Source of the DNA: Chlamydiae bacterium RIFCSPHIGHO2_12_FULL_49_11
GTDB lineage: Bacteria; Chlamydiota; Chlamydiia; Chlamydiales; 2-12-FULL-49-11
Assembly: GCA_001794905.1 (NCBI GenBank)
Contig: MGLW01000021.1
Coordinates: forward strand, 1-28,007
Direction: 5' to 3'
DNA length: 28,007 bases
Shown here: piece after piece, positions 8,390 through 17,288 of the stretch
Layout of the letters: every line of letters begins with the position of its first letter
How positions within the stretch are numbered: the first letter of the stretch is position 1
Notes under the pieces: model-generated
Databases searched by the model: none
What the model was told of the DNA's origin: nothing
Seen by the model: only the letters and a program-made list of their open reading frames with translations
Translations under genes and position numbers: made by a program

Positions 8390-9000
8390 AGCTTTTCAAA
8401 GTATTGGAGCAAGGCGGAGGAAAGTTTATCAAAAGCTTTGCGGCGGTGCGAAATGCGATTTTTGATTTCATCGTCTAGTTCTGCATAGGTTTTACGATAG
8501 TCGTATTTGAGAAAGAGAGGGTCATAGCCAAAGCCGCCGCCGCCCTGCTCTTTCGTGAGGAGTTTTCCCTCGGCGTAGCCGACGGTTGTTTTGATGAGGC
8601 CGCGGTCAGGGAGGGCAAAAGCAAGGGCGGAGACAAATTCGCCGACCCTTTCTTCTTCACGAAGGTTTTCTAAGGCAGCTTTCAACTTGGTGCGGTTATC
8701 CTGGTCGGTTGCTTCTACCCCTGCATAGCGCGCACTTAAAATCCCCGGCGCCCCGCCAAGGGCAGGGATACACAAGCCCGAATCGTCGGCAATCACGGGA
8801 CGATTAAGATGCCGGACGGCATGCAAAGCCTTCAGCGTGGCATTTTCTTCGAAAGACGAGCCCGTTTCTTCGGGCAGCGTATATTCGGGAAAGTGATGAA
8901 GGGAATAAATATCGATTTCCATCCCGTGAAACAAACCTTTGAGCATTGATTTGAGCTCACGAAATTTGTGCATATTAGAAGTGGCAACGACAATTTCCAT
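8377..9000 (-). CDS. rdgB: dITP/XTP pyrophosphatase (RdgB/HAM1 family)
   Basis: VATSNMHKFRE, EETGSSFEENATLKA, ADDSGL, PGILSARYAG, GFGYDPLF and KNRISHRRKA. TAATG overlap with the greA stop. Confidence 0.96.
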   Translation of the reverse strand: MEIVVATSNMHKFRELKSMLKGLFHGMEIDIYSLHHFPEYTLPEETGSSFEENATLKALHAVRHLNRPVIADDSGLCIPALGGAPGILSARYAGVEATDQDNRTKLKAALENLREEERVGEFVSALAFALPDRGLIKTTVGYAEGKLLTKEQGGGGFGYDPLFLKYDYRKTYAELDDEIKNRISHRRKAFDKLSSALLQYFEKLCVT

Positions 9001-11162
9001 TAGAGTGCATTTTTTGCTTTTTTGAGATAACTTTCAATCTTTTTTACTTCCCACATTTTTCCGTGCAATTCAACATGCGCGCCCACTCTCAGGTTGAGCA
9101 ATTTTTTTGCAAGTTCGGATTGAAACGAAAGAATGTTTTTTTCCGGATCGGAATCCCAAGGGCCGAGCAAGGTATACTCGACGGCTTCTCCGTTTGACAG
9201 CAGGGTGGCGGTAGTGCCGACGCTGATTTTGTTTGTGTCGATGTCATGATCGGTCAAAGAGCGCATTTGCGAAAATTGCTTGGATAGAAAACGGAGTTCC
9301 CCTTGCAATCTCGATCTCTTTTCTTTAGCAAATTTGTATTCGCTGTTTTCCCTAAGGTCCCCGAGAGACCGTGCTGCTTCCACTTCGCGCGCGTTTTCAG
9401 GCACCTCAACGGTTGCGATCGTGTGGATGCGTTCTTTGATTTTTTCGTACCCCTCATGCGTTGTCCAGATGACGTGGTCTTCAACCTCTTCATGCTCTTT
9501 TTTTCGGAGCGATTTGATCGATGGGTCGATCACTTCGGCGAGGGAGTGCAATATTTTCATCTCATGATCGGAAAGAGAGTGACATTTACTCGCAAGGAGC
9601 AAAATTTCTTGTAAATCGCTGAAGACGGCATGCTCGAAAATTTTGCGGATGTGTTCAAACCGTTTTTGGGTGAGAAAATTATGCATCTTCTTGAGGAGTT
9701 CTTTTTGATCGCTGAGATTCTCGATGAGATACATCGTATTGAAAAAAGATTGCAGGAGTTCGATGTTTCCTGCCGGATCGCCGAAAGGGAGATCAGGATC
9801 TTCGAGGGCTTTGGGAAGATACCACATGATGGTGTGACACGATTGCATCGGAACATCGATGATTTTTTTCAAGGTAGCGACGAAAAAATTCCGGTCTTCT
9901 TTGATAAGGGCCTCAAAAACGGTGTCTTTGACGAGGCTTTGCGGCGAGATCCGCAATATTTCGGCAAAATTTTCTTTCCAATCGGGGCGAAATTCTTTTG
10001 CGAGGTTTAGGAGCCGTTTTTTTAACGAAATAATTTGGAAACGGTTGATGACTTCATCGATTTTGACATGCTGGAGCAACTTTTTGAACGATTCGGGGTG
10101 TTTTTCTCCTAAATCTTCGAGCAGGAATAAAATTTGGATCTCTTCGGCATCGGATAGTTCGTGATTTTTGAGAAATTCCTTGAGCTGCTCCGCGAGGAAT
10201 TGTTTAAACCCGTCTTTTTTGAGAGCGACCGGAAAGTCGCGCATGAAAGCGTAAAAGAGGTCGATGAGTTCTCCTGCCTGCGGGCTGTTTTTCAATTTTT
10301 CGATGAGCCTGTCTTCCGGCAAAACTTCTTCAATGAGAAGACGGAAGGGGTCTTTTGAGGTGGCGGGATTTTGGATGAGGGGATGTTTTTTGAGGCGTGT
10401 ACGGGCATTTTGCCACCAGCGTGTCCATTCTTCTTCGGGGATGACGAGGTTGCACAATTCCTCTTTGATTTCGAATGACGTCGAAGGGCCGAGATCACGC
10501 AGCAAAACACAAATTAATTCGCACGGACTTTTTCTGGCAAACTCTTCAAAAGCATCGGCATTGCCGAATCGGCGGGCAAGGAAATGGTCAGAGGAAATCG
10601 GCTGCAGTGTATTGAAGGCATTGGCAAACGACACGTCCTTTTGTCCGGCAACGTAGTCAAACTCCATGATTGCCTCTTCCCGCAGGTACGAAACGTCCAT
10701 CACTTCACCGACGCCCCATCCTCCCGTATGCAAAAAGAAATTTCCCGGCTTCATGTGGGTCAAAATTTTAAAATGGGTGACCGCCCCCTGAAAATTCGGG
10801 TTGTCTTTGATGCCGATAAGGCGCATCTGGGTTGTAAAATCAGGGTTCGTGCTGAAAACGGAGGTTAGATACTCAATCACAACATGGCGTAAAGACTCCG
10901 AATTGGTGGTTTGCAAGTCGACGATCAGTTGAAAAATTTCTTCCTTGAGGAGCGAATTGGGGAGAGAGTCCCAGAGCGGCAAAATTTCTTCTACATAGAC
11001 ACCAAAAGATTCTTTTAATCCCGAATCGTGGATGGCCTGTAAAATTTTTTTGAGCTCGAGAGGGTCGATTTCGTCCGAGAGGCAGTATTCTTGCCAAAGA
11101 ACCACAACTTTGGAGAGTTCCAGGGTTTCTACATGTTCTTTGATTTGCTTCAGATACTCCAT
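9000..11162 (-). CDS. greA: Transcription elongation factor GreA, chlamydial long form with ~560-aa N-terminal extension
   Basis: C-terminal GreA domain (TTHEGYEKIKE, EAARSLGDLRENSEYKFAKE, YTLLGPWDSDPEKNILSFQS). A length near 720 aa is typical of Chlamydiae. Confidence 0.93.
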   Translation of the reverse strand: MEYLKQIKEHVETLELSKVVVLWQEYCLSDEIDPLELKKILQAIHDSGLKESFGVYVEEILPLWDSLPNSLLKEEIFQLIVDLQTTNSESLRHVVIEYLTSVFSTNPDFTTQMRLIGIKDNPNFQGAVTHFKILTHMKPGNFFLHTGGWGVGEVMDVSYLREEAIMEFDYVAGQKDVSFANAFNTLQPISSDHFLARRFGNADAFEEFARKSPCELICVLLRDLGPSTSFEIKEELCNLVIPEEEWTRWWQNARTRLKKHPLIQNPATSKDPFRLLIEEVLPEDRLIEKLKNSPQAGELIDLFYAFMRDFPVALKKDGFKQFLAEQLKEFLKNHELSDAEEIQILFLLEDLGEKHPESFKKLLQHVKIDEVINRFQIISLKKRLLNLAKEFRPDWKENFAEILRISPQSLVKDTVFEALIKEDRNFFVATLKKIIDVPMQSCHTIMWYLPKALEDPDLPFGDPAGNIELLQSFFNTMYLIENLSDQKELLKKMHNFLTQKRFEHIRKIFEHAVFSDLQEILLLASKCHSLSDHEMKILHSLAEVIDPSIKSLRKKEHEEVEDHVIWTTHEGYEKIKERIHTIATVEVPENAREVEAARSLGDLRENSEYKFAKEKRSRLQGELRFLSKQFSQMRSLTDHDIDTNKISVGTTATLLSNGEAVEYTLLGPWDSDPEKNILSFQSELAKKLLNLRVGAHVELHGKMWEVKKIESYLKKAKNAL

Positions 11163-11185
11163 AAAATGATAAAATTCCTTTAACG

Positions 11186-11201
11186 ATGACTACACTGCCT
11201 A
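11186..11201 (-). repeat. Intergenic 16-bp motif, copy 1 (TAGGCAGTGTAGTCAT on minus strand)
   Basis: Plus strand ATGACTACACTGCCTA; matches copies at 18664-18679 and 27934-27949. Confidence 0.6.
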
Positions 11202-11233
11202 CTATTCTACCATTCATAAATTTTAGTAGAAAG

Positions 11234-11278
11234 TTGATTTTCATTGTGCGGAGAGATATAGTTTCCCTTTTACGGAGG
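11234..11278 (+). promoter_or_regulatory. Sigma66/sigma70 promoter and RBS of the thyX-tyrP-tyrP-uvrB operon
   Basis: TTGATT (11234-11239), 17-nt spacer, TATAGT (11257-11262); GGAGG at 11274-11278 before ATG 11283. Confidence 0.7.
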
Positions 11279-11282
11279 ATGC

Positions 11283-12896
11283 ATGGATTCATGGACACCC
11301 GAAGAAGAAAATCTCCTCGGCCGATTCGTATCGAATGTCGAGTCTAACATCTTTGTTTTACACAACTTGCCCGAGGTGGTGAAGGGGGCTCTCTTTTCCC
11401 GTTATTCCCGTTCCACCCTCAGTTTGAAAAATCTGCTTCTCAAAGAATTTTTGACCGACGAGCATGCTCGGGTGCACGAAATGAACCTCGGCTTTCAGAA
11501 GGTGCAAATGGAAGCGATCCAAAAGGCGCAAAGTTTTTACGACCGCATTTTGGACGGGTATGGGGACGATTCGATTGGAGAACTCGGCGGAGCGCACCTT
11601 GCCGTTGAAAAAGTGAGCATGTTAGCGGCAAAAGCCATCGAAGACTGTAGAATTGGGGGCTCTCCTCTGGAGAAATCGACCCGTTACGTCTATTTTGATC
11701 AGAAAAATTCTGCCGGAGAATACGCCTATTATCGCGATTCGGTAATCATGACCTCTGCCTATAAAGATTTGTACCTCCGTATATGTGACGCCCTCTTCGA
11801 GACATATACCGACCTTGTCAAAGATCTCTCTAAAGTCATGGAAAATCTGCACCCCCGGGCTCCGGATACTCCGAACGGAGTGTATCGGACTACCATTCGG
11901 GGAAAAGTACTCGACCTTTTACGGGGGCTCCTTCCCGCCGGTACCTTCACCAATATGGGTCTTTTCGGAAATGGCCGTTTTTACGAAGGGATGCTTCGTA
12001 AAATGCATGTCTCGGGTTTGACCGAATTGCAGGAGATCGGCAAAAAAGCGCAAACGGAGCTTGAGAAAATCATCCCTTCGTTTGTCCGGCGCGCTTTGCC
12101 GGCGCATAAAAACCAAACGGCATACCAGGACTATATCGAAAAGTTGCAGGGAGATCTCTCAGAATGGAACGACAAACATGTGGTGGGAGAAGACATCTCA
12201 CCGGGCTACCGCGTTCGGCTCCTCGGGGCGAGTGCCGATGCCGTGAGAGAGGTGGCGGTATTTCTGCTTTATGAACATGGACATTCCGATATCGCTTCTT
12301 TACGGCATGCAGTTCGGGCGATGCCGGACGAAGAAATCCGTCAGCTTTTCGATCTCGTCGTGGAAGGGCGGCAAAATAGACGGCACAAATCGCCGCGAGG
12401 TTTGGAACATGCGACCTTCACCTTTGAGATCGTTTCCGATTTCGGAGTATATCGTGATCTGCAGCGCCACCGCATGCTCACGCAGCAGCGACAGCAGCTC
12501 ACGTGCGATCTCGGCTATTTTATTCCACGGGAAATCATCGGCACGGCGATGGAAGAGAAGTATAGAACGGTGATGGAAGAAGCGAAAAAGGCGTACGACA
12601 GAATGCGCGGCGAATTTTCTGAAGAGGCGCAGTATATTGTGCCGATGGGTTACAACATTGCCTGGTATTTTCACATCAACTTGCGCGCGTTGCAATGGCT
12701 TTCCGAGCTAAGGTCGATGCAGCAGGGGCATGAGACGTACCGCAAGGTGGCCCAAGATATGGCCCGTCATGTGCAAGAAGCTTTTCCGCAATTTGCTCCC
12801 TTTTTCGGCTTTGTCGATTGGAACGGTTCGAACGAGGGGCGTTTGCAGCATGAGTTGTATCATGCACACCGGAAAAACAATATAGGATTATTATGA
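11283..12896 (+). CDS. thyX: FAD-dependent thymidylate synthase, chlamydial tandem-domain ThyX
   Basis: GALFSRYSRS, GYGDDSIGEL, SPLEKSTRYV and RGLLPAGT, then a second Thy1 domain with RDLQRHR and INLRALQW..ELRS..QGHETYR. 537 aa. Confidence 0.93.
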   Translation: MDSWTPEEENLLGRFVSNVESNIFVLHNLPEVVKGALFSRYSRSTLSLKNLLLKEFLTDEHARVHEMNLGFQKVQMEAIQKAQSFYDRILDGYGDDSIGELGGAHLAVEKVSMLAAKAIEDCRIGGSPLEKSTRYVYFDQKNSAGEYAYYRDSVIMTSAYKDLYLRICDALFETYTDLVKDLSKVMENLHPRAPDTPNGVYRTTIRGKVLDLLRGLLPAGTFTNMGLFGNGRFYEGMLRKMHVSGLTELQEIGKKAQTELEKIIPSFVRRALPAHKNQTAYQDYIEKLQGDLSEWNDKHVVGEDISPGYRVRLLGASADAVREVAVFLLYEHGHSDIASLRHAVRAMPDEEIRQLFDLVVEGRQNRRHKSPRGLEHATFTFEIVSDFGVYRDLQRHRMLTQQRQQLTCDLGYFIPREIIGTAMEEKYRTVMEEAKKAYDRMRGEFSEEAQYIVPMGYNIAWYFHINLRALQWLSELRSMQQGHETYRKVAQDMARHVQEAFPQFAPFFGFVDWNGSNEGRLQHELYHAHRKNNIGLL

Positions 12897-14104
12897 GTGC
12901 GGAAGAAATCATGAGTAAAAAAGGAAGCGTCTTCGGCGCTACATTTTTAATTACGGGAAGTTGCGTGGGTGCAGGGATGCTGGCCCTCCCCATTTCCACA
13001 GGCCTTGCCGGCTTTTTTCCTTCCTTTGCGATGTTTTTTCTTGCCTGGTTTTTTATGACCTCGACCGCCTTTATTTTGGTGGAAGTACAAAGGCACTTTC
13101 CGACGCGCGTGAATTTTGCCGGCATGGTAGAGCATTTTTTAGGTCCCGTCGGGAGGATGGTTTGCTTTGTGCTGTATCTCCTTTTATTTTATGCCATCTT
13201 GGTTGCCTATTTGGCGCAGATCGGAGAACATATCGGCTCCTACGTGCAACTAGGGGTGCCTGCGTTTCCGGAATGGGGCGGTTCGGTGCTCTTTGCCGCC
13301 GTTTTCGGGGGGGTCATTTATTTGAGCACCGGATTTGTAGACAGGACCAACCGTCTTTTCATGTACGGGAAAATCCTCACCTTCTTTGCCCTTCTCTATT
13401 TTGGCTTTTCCCACATCAATCCGAGCCTGCTCGCTTATTCCGATTTTAGCTATGTTTTACAGGGCCTTCCCGTCCTTGTCATCTCGTTCGGTTTCCATAA
13501 CATCCTTCCCACCATCCACGACTATTTAGGAGGGGATGTGCGCCGTGTCCGTGCCTCGGTCATAGCAGGATCACTCTGTACTCTCACGATTTACCTCGTG
13601 TGGCAGACGGTAGCACTGGGAAATTTGCCTGTGACGGGGCCGATCAGCATTACATCCAGTTATGCGGAGGGGATCGATGCGGCAGGCGCCCTCAAAAACC
13701 TGCTCGGCTTTTCGGGTCTCGGAACGATTGCTTCGGTGCTTGCGTTTTTTGCCATCACCACTTCTTTCCTGGCCCAGTCCCTCAGCCTTGTCCATTTTTT
13801 GACCGATGCGTTGAAAGTGGAAGTGGGCAAGAGGGAAAACATATGGATGTGTTTTTTGACTTTCGTGCCGCCGACGATTGTGTGCGTGCTCAATCCGCGG
13901 ATTTTATATCAGGCCCTCGGCCTTGGAGGAGGCATTTTTGCCGTCATCCTGTTTGGTATTTTACCCGTTCTCATGGTATGGCGCGGCAAAACCCGCGACC
14001 ACTTTTTTAAGGAAAGAAATTTTTTCACGAAAAATGCTGTACTCTTAACATTATTCGCGATAGCCTCGTTCATTATTGCCTATCAAATCTATGCAGAGAT
14101 ATGA
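12893..14104 (+). CDS. tyrP: Aromatic amino acid permease (HAAAP family), copy 1
   Basis: FGATFLITGSCVGAGMLALP, LPVLVISFGFHNILP, FFAITTSFL and about 11 TMs. ATGA overlap with thyX. Confidence 0.9.
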   Translation: MSAEEIMSKKGSVFGATFLITGSCVGAGMLALPISTGLAGFFPSFAMFFLAWFFMTSTAFILVEVQRHFPTRVNFAGMVEHFLGPVGRMVCFVLYLLLFYAILVAYLAQIGEHIGSYVQLGVPAFPEWGGSVLFAAVFGGVIYLSTGFVDRTNRLFMYGKILTFFALLYFGFSHINPSLLAYSDFSYVLQGLPVLVISFGFHNILPTIHDYLGGDVRRVRASVIAGSLCTLTIYLVWQTVALGNLPVTGPISITSSYAEGIDAAGALKNLLGFSGLGTIASVLAFFAITTSFLAQSLSLVHFLTDALKVEVGKRENIWMCFLTFVPPTIVCVLNPRILYQALGLGGGIFAVILFGILPVLMVWRGKTRDHFFKERNFFTKNAVLLTLFAIASFIIAYQIYAEI

Positions 14105-15312
14105 AAAGATTTTTTGGTGCCGTCTTCTTGATTGCAGGGACAACGATCGGCGTTGGCATGCTTGGAATGCCGACCGTCACCGGGTTTAGCGGTTTTTTTC
14201 CCTCCCTTCTCGTTTTTTTCCTCTGCTGGGGTGTGATGCTCACGACAGCCCTGTTCTTTGTGGAGATCATTTCCCATTTCCATAAAGGGGAAAATTTCAT
14301 CACGATGGCAGGAGCCACTTTGGGAATGGGGGGACGTGTCGTTTCCTGGTTTGTATACATTTTTTTGCTTTATGCTCTGATGATCGCTTATATCTCTGCT
14401 ATTGCACCCCTGTTTCAGGAAGCGCTTCAAGTGGTATTTCAACGAACGCTCCCCTTATGGGCATGCCAGTTCGGATTGCCGCTCCTTTTCGGAGGATTTA
14501 TCTATTTCGGAACGCAAGGGGTCGACATCATCAATCGGGCCCTCATGATCGGCCTTGCTTTTGCCTATATTTTGCTTGTCATGTTTTTGCCGCAGCACGT
14601 TGTTTCGAGTCACTTAAATTATGTCGATTTCAGGCCGGTCCTGTACGGCATTCCCGTGATCATCACCGCTTTCGGCTACCATATCATCATTCCCAGCCTC
14701 TACCACTACCTCGGTCACGACACGCGCCGCCTCAAAATCGCCGTCGTGGTTGGAGGTCTTGTCGCTTTGATTTTAAACTTATTCTGGCAATTTCTGGTGC
14801 TCGGCATTCTACCCCTGCAAGGAGAAAATAGCCTCTTTGCTGCCTGGCAGGCAAGTCGAACGGTCACGCCTTATCTGGAAGCGGTTGTGACAGCGCCGCT
14901 CCTCAAAGTGGGGGTGTATTTCTTCTCCCTATTTGCCATCATCACCTCTTTTTTGGGTGTATCGCTCAGCCTGTCCGACTTTTTGACCGACGGGCTGAAA
15001 TTGAAAAGAACGTGGGAGGGGCGCGCGTTTGCCATGATGCTCACCTTTATTCCCCCTCTCCTTTTTGTTTATTCCACTCGCAATATTTTTCTCGGCGCCC
15101 TCAACTATGCCGGAGCTTTCGTTGCCATCCTTCTCATTTTTATTCCGTCGTGCATGATTTTATTTGGGCGGCGCTTTCCCCATCGTCTTCCCATCCGCAT
15201 CGCAGCTTGTGTAACGTTGCTTTTCTCAGTGGGAGTCATCGTCGTGAATTTGTGCATCCGGTGGGGGGTATTTGATCCCTTGTTGCAATCCATAGGTAGC
15301 CGTGCGGTTTAA
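14101..15312 (+). CDS. tyrP: Aromatic amino acid permease (HAAAP family), copy 2
   Basis: FGAVFLIAGTTIGVGMLGMP, IPVIITAFGYHIIIPSL and FAIITSFLGVSLSLSDFL. ATGA overlap with copy 1. Confidence 0.9.
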   Translation: MKRFFGAVFLIAGTTIGVGMLGMPTVTGFSGFFPSLLVFFLCWGVMLTTALFFVEIISHFHKGENFITMAGATLGMGGRVVSWFVYIFLLYALMIAYISAIAPLFQEALQVVFQRTLPLWACQFGLPLLFGGFIYFGTQGVDIINRALMIGLAFAYILLVMFLPQHVVSSHLNYVDFRPVLYGIPVIITAFGYHIIIPSLYHYLGHDTRRLKIAVVVGGLVALILNLFWQFLVLGILPLQGENSLFAAWQASRTVTPYLEAVVTAPLLKVGVYFFSLFAIITSFLGVSLSLSDFLTDGLKLKRTWEGRAFAMMLTFIPPLLFVYSTRNIFLGALNYAGAFVAILLIFIPSCMILFGRRFPHRLPIRIAACVTLLFSVGVIVVNLCIRWGVFDPLLQSIGSRAV

Positions 15313-17278
15313 GTTAGAATCTGAATTCACCCCGAAAGGGGACCAGCCGCAAGCGATCGAAAAACTCTCCCGTGGGATTGAAGAAGGAAAAAAGCGGCAA
15401 GTGCTGCTCGGAATCACCGGTTCGGGAAAAACGTATACGATGGCCGAGGTGATTGCAAGGGTACAAAAGCCGACCCTGGTGCTTGCACATAACAAAACGC
15501 TTGCGGCGCAACTGTTCCAGGAGTTCAAAGGGTTTTTTCCCAAGAATGCGGTCGAATATTTTGTTTCGTATTACGACTATTATCAACCGGAAGCATACAT
15601 AGCCCGTACCGATACCTATATCGAAAAAGATATGGCGATCAACGAGCAAATCGAGCGGATGCGTCTATCGGCTACCCGTTCTTTGATAGAACGGGATGAC
15701 GTGGTGATTGTTTCTTCGGTTTCATGCATTTACGGTTTGGGTTCGCCCGAAAACTATCGCAGAATGGTGATTTCCCTCTCTGCCGGAATGACCGCTCGGC
15801 GGGATGACCTCCTCATGCACCTTATTGAGCTTCGTTATACCCGCACCGATGACACTGTCACACCTGCTACCTTCCGGGTACGGGGCGACATACTGGAAAT
15901 CATGCCGGCCTATGAAGAGGATCGCTGTTACCGGATCGAATTTTTTGATGACGTGATTGAAAAAATGGGGGCGGTGGATCCGCTCACGAGGCGGTTGCAA
16001 GAAAGGTTGGACCATTTAAAAATCTATCCCGGCTCGCACTATGTGACACCGGAAGAGGTGCGTTATGAAGCCATCGAAACGATCCGTTCCGAGCTGGAAG
16101 AAAGAGTTCTTTTTTTTGAAGAGAGAAATGCGCATTTGGAGCGGCAGCGCATTCTGGAACGGACGCGTTACGATATGGAAATGATTAAGGAAATCGGGTT
16201 TTGCAAGGGGATCGAAAACTATTCGCGCCATTTCAGCGGCCGTGGCCCCGGGGAGCCTCCTCCCACACTGATCGACTATTTTCCCGACGATTTTCTGCTC
16301 TTTATTGACGAATCGCATCAGACTCTTCCCCAGGTGCGGGCGATGTATAACGGGGACCGGTCGCGCAAAACTGCCCTGATCGAGTTCGGGTTCCGCCTTC
16401 CTTCTGCTTTTGATAACCGTCCGCTCAAGTTCGAGGAATTTTACGAAAAAATGGCTTTTGCAATTTATGTTTCGGCCACGCCCGCGCCGTTTGAAATCCA
16501 GGATGTTGAAGGGGAGATTGTGGAACAGATCGTGCGCCCGACCGGGCTTCTCGATCCCGAAATCGAAGTCCGCAAGGCCGAGTTTCAGGTGGATGATGCG
16601 ATCGAAGAGATTTTAAAAGAAGCTGCTCTCGGAAGGCGCACCCTCGTTACGACGCTCACCAAGAAGCTTGCCGAAGAGCTTTCCCAATTCCTCGGCGAGC
16701 GAGGGCTCAAAGCGAAATATCTCCATTCCGATATCGATACGGTAGAGCGGATACAGATCATCAAAGAACTTCGTTCGGGAATATTTGATGTTCTCGTTGG
16801 CATCAACCTCTTACGGGAAGGGCTTGACATTCCCGAGGTTTCCCTTGTCCTCGTGCTGGATGCTGATAGGGAAGGCTTTCTGCGTAGTGAGACGGCTCTC
16901 ATTCAAACTTGTGGCCGTGCGGCGCGAAACGAGCATGGCAGGGTGATTCTTTATGCCGACACGATGACCCGTTCGATTGTACAAACGGTGGAGGTCACCC
17001 GAAAACGCCGGCTTGTTCAACAGGCCTACAATGAAGAGCACGGCATAGTACCGCACACGGTACGGCGTGCCAAGATCGAAAGCCTCCTTGAAACGGTAGG
17101 GGAAGTGTCGGAGGACAAAGAAAACCTCACGGCAGGCGAGATATCGAAACGCATGCGTGAGGCCGAGCATAACATGAATCGCGCTGCCAAACAATTTCTC
17201 TTCGAGGAGGCCGCGCGCCAGCGTGACCTCTTCCAGCATTATCAAAAGCTCCTTCTCCTCGAGGACCATCTTGACTGA
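15302..17278 (+). CDS. uvrB: Excinuclease ABC subunit B
   Basis: GTG start; PKGDQPQAI, Walker A GITGSGKT, HNKTLAAQL, YFVSYYDYYQPEAY, DESH, VGINLLREGLDIPEV, QTCGRAARN and a C-terminal UVR domain. Confidence 0.98.
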   Translation: MRFKLESEFTPKGDQPQAIEKLSRGIEEGKKRQVLLGITGSGKTYTMAEVIARVQKPTLVLAHNKTLAAQLFQEFKGFFPKNAVEYFVSYYDYYQPEAYIARTDTYIEKDMAINEQIERMRLSATRSLIERDDVVIVSSVSCIYGLGSPENYRRMVISLSAGMTARRDDLLMHLIELRYTRTDDTVTPATFRVRGDILEIMPAYEEDRCYRIEFFDDVIEKMGAVDPLTRRLQERLDHLKIYPGSHYVTPEEVRYEAIETIRSELEERVLFFEERNAHLERQRILERTRYDMEMIKEIGFCKGIENYSRHFSGRGPGEPPPTLIDYFPDDFLLFIDESHQTLPQVRAMYNGDRSRKTALIEFGFRLPSAFDNRPLKFEEFYEKMAFAIYVSATPAPFEIQDVEGEIVEQIVRPTGLLDPEIEVRKAEFQVDDAIEEILKEAALGRRTLVTTLTKKLAEELSQFLGERGLKAKYLHSDIDTVERIQIIKELRSGIFDVLVGINLLREGLDIPEVSLVLVLDADREGFLRSETALIQTCGRAARNEHGRVILYADTMTRSIVQTVEVTRKRRLVQQAYNEEHGIVPHTVRRAKIESLLETVGEVSEDKENLTAGEISKRMREAEHNMNRAAKQFLFEEAARQRDLFQHYQKLLLLEDHLD

Positions 17279-17288
17279 GATACGAGTA

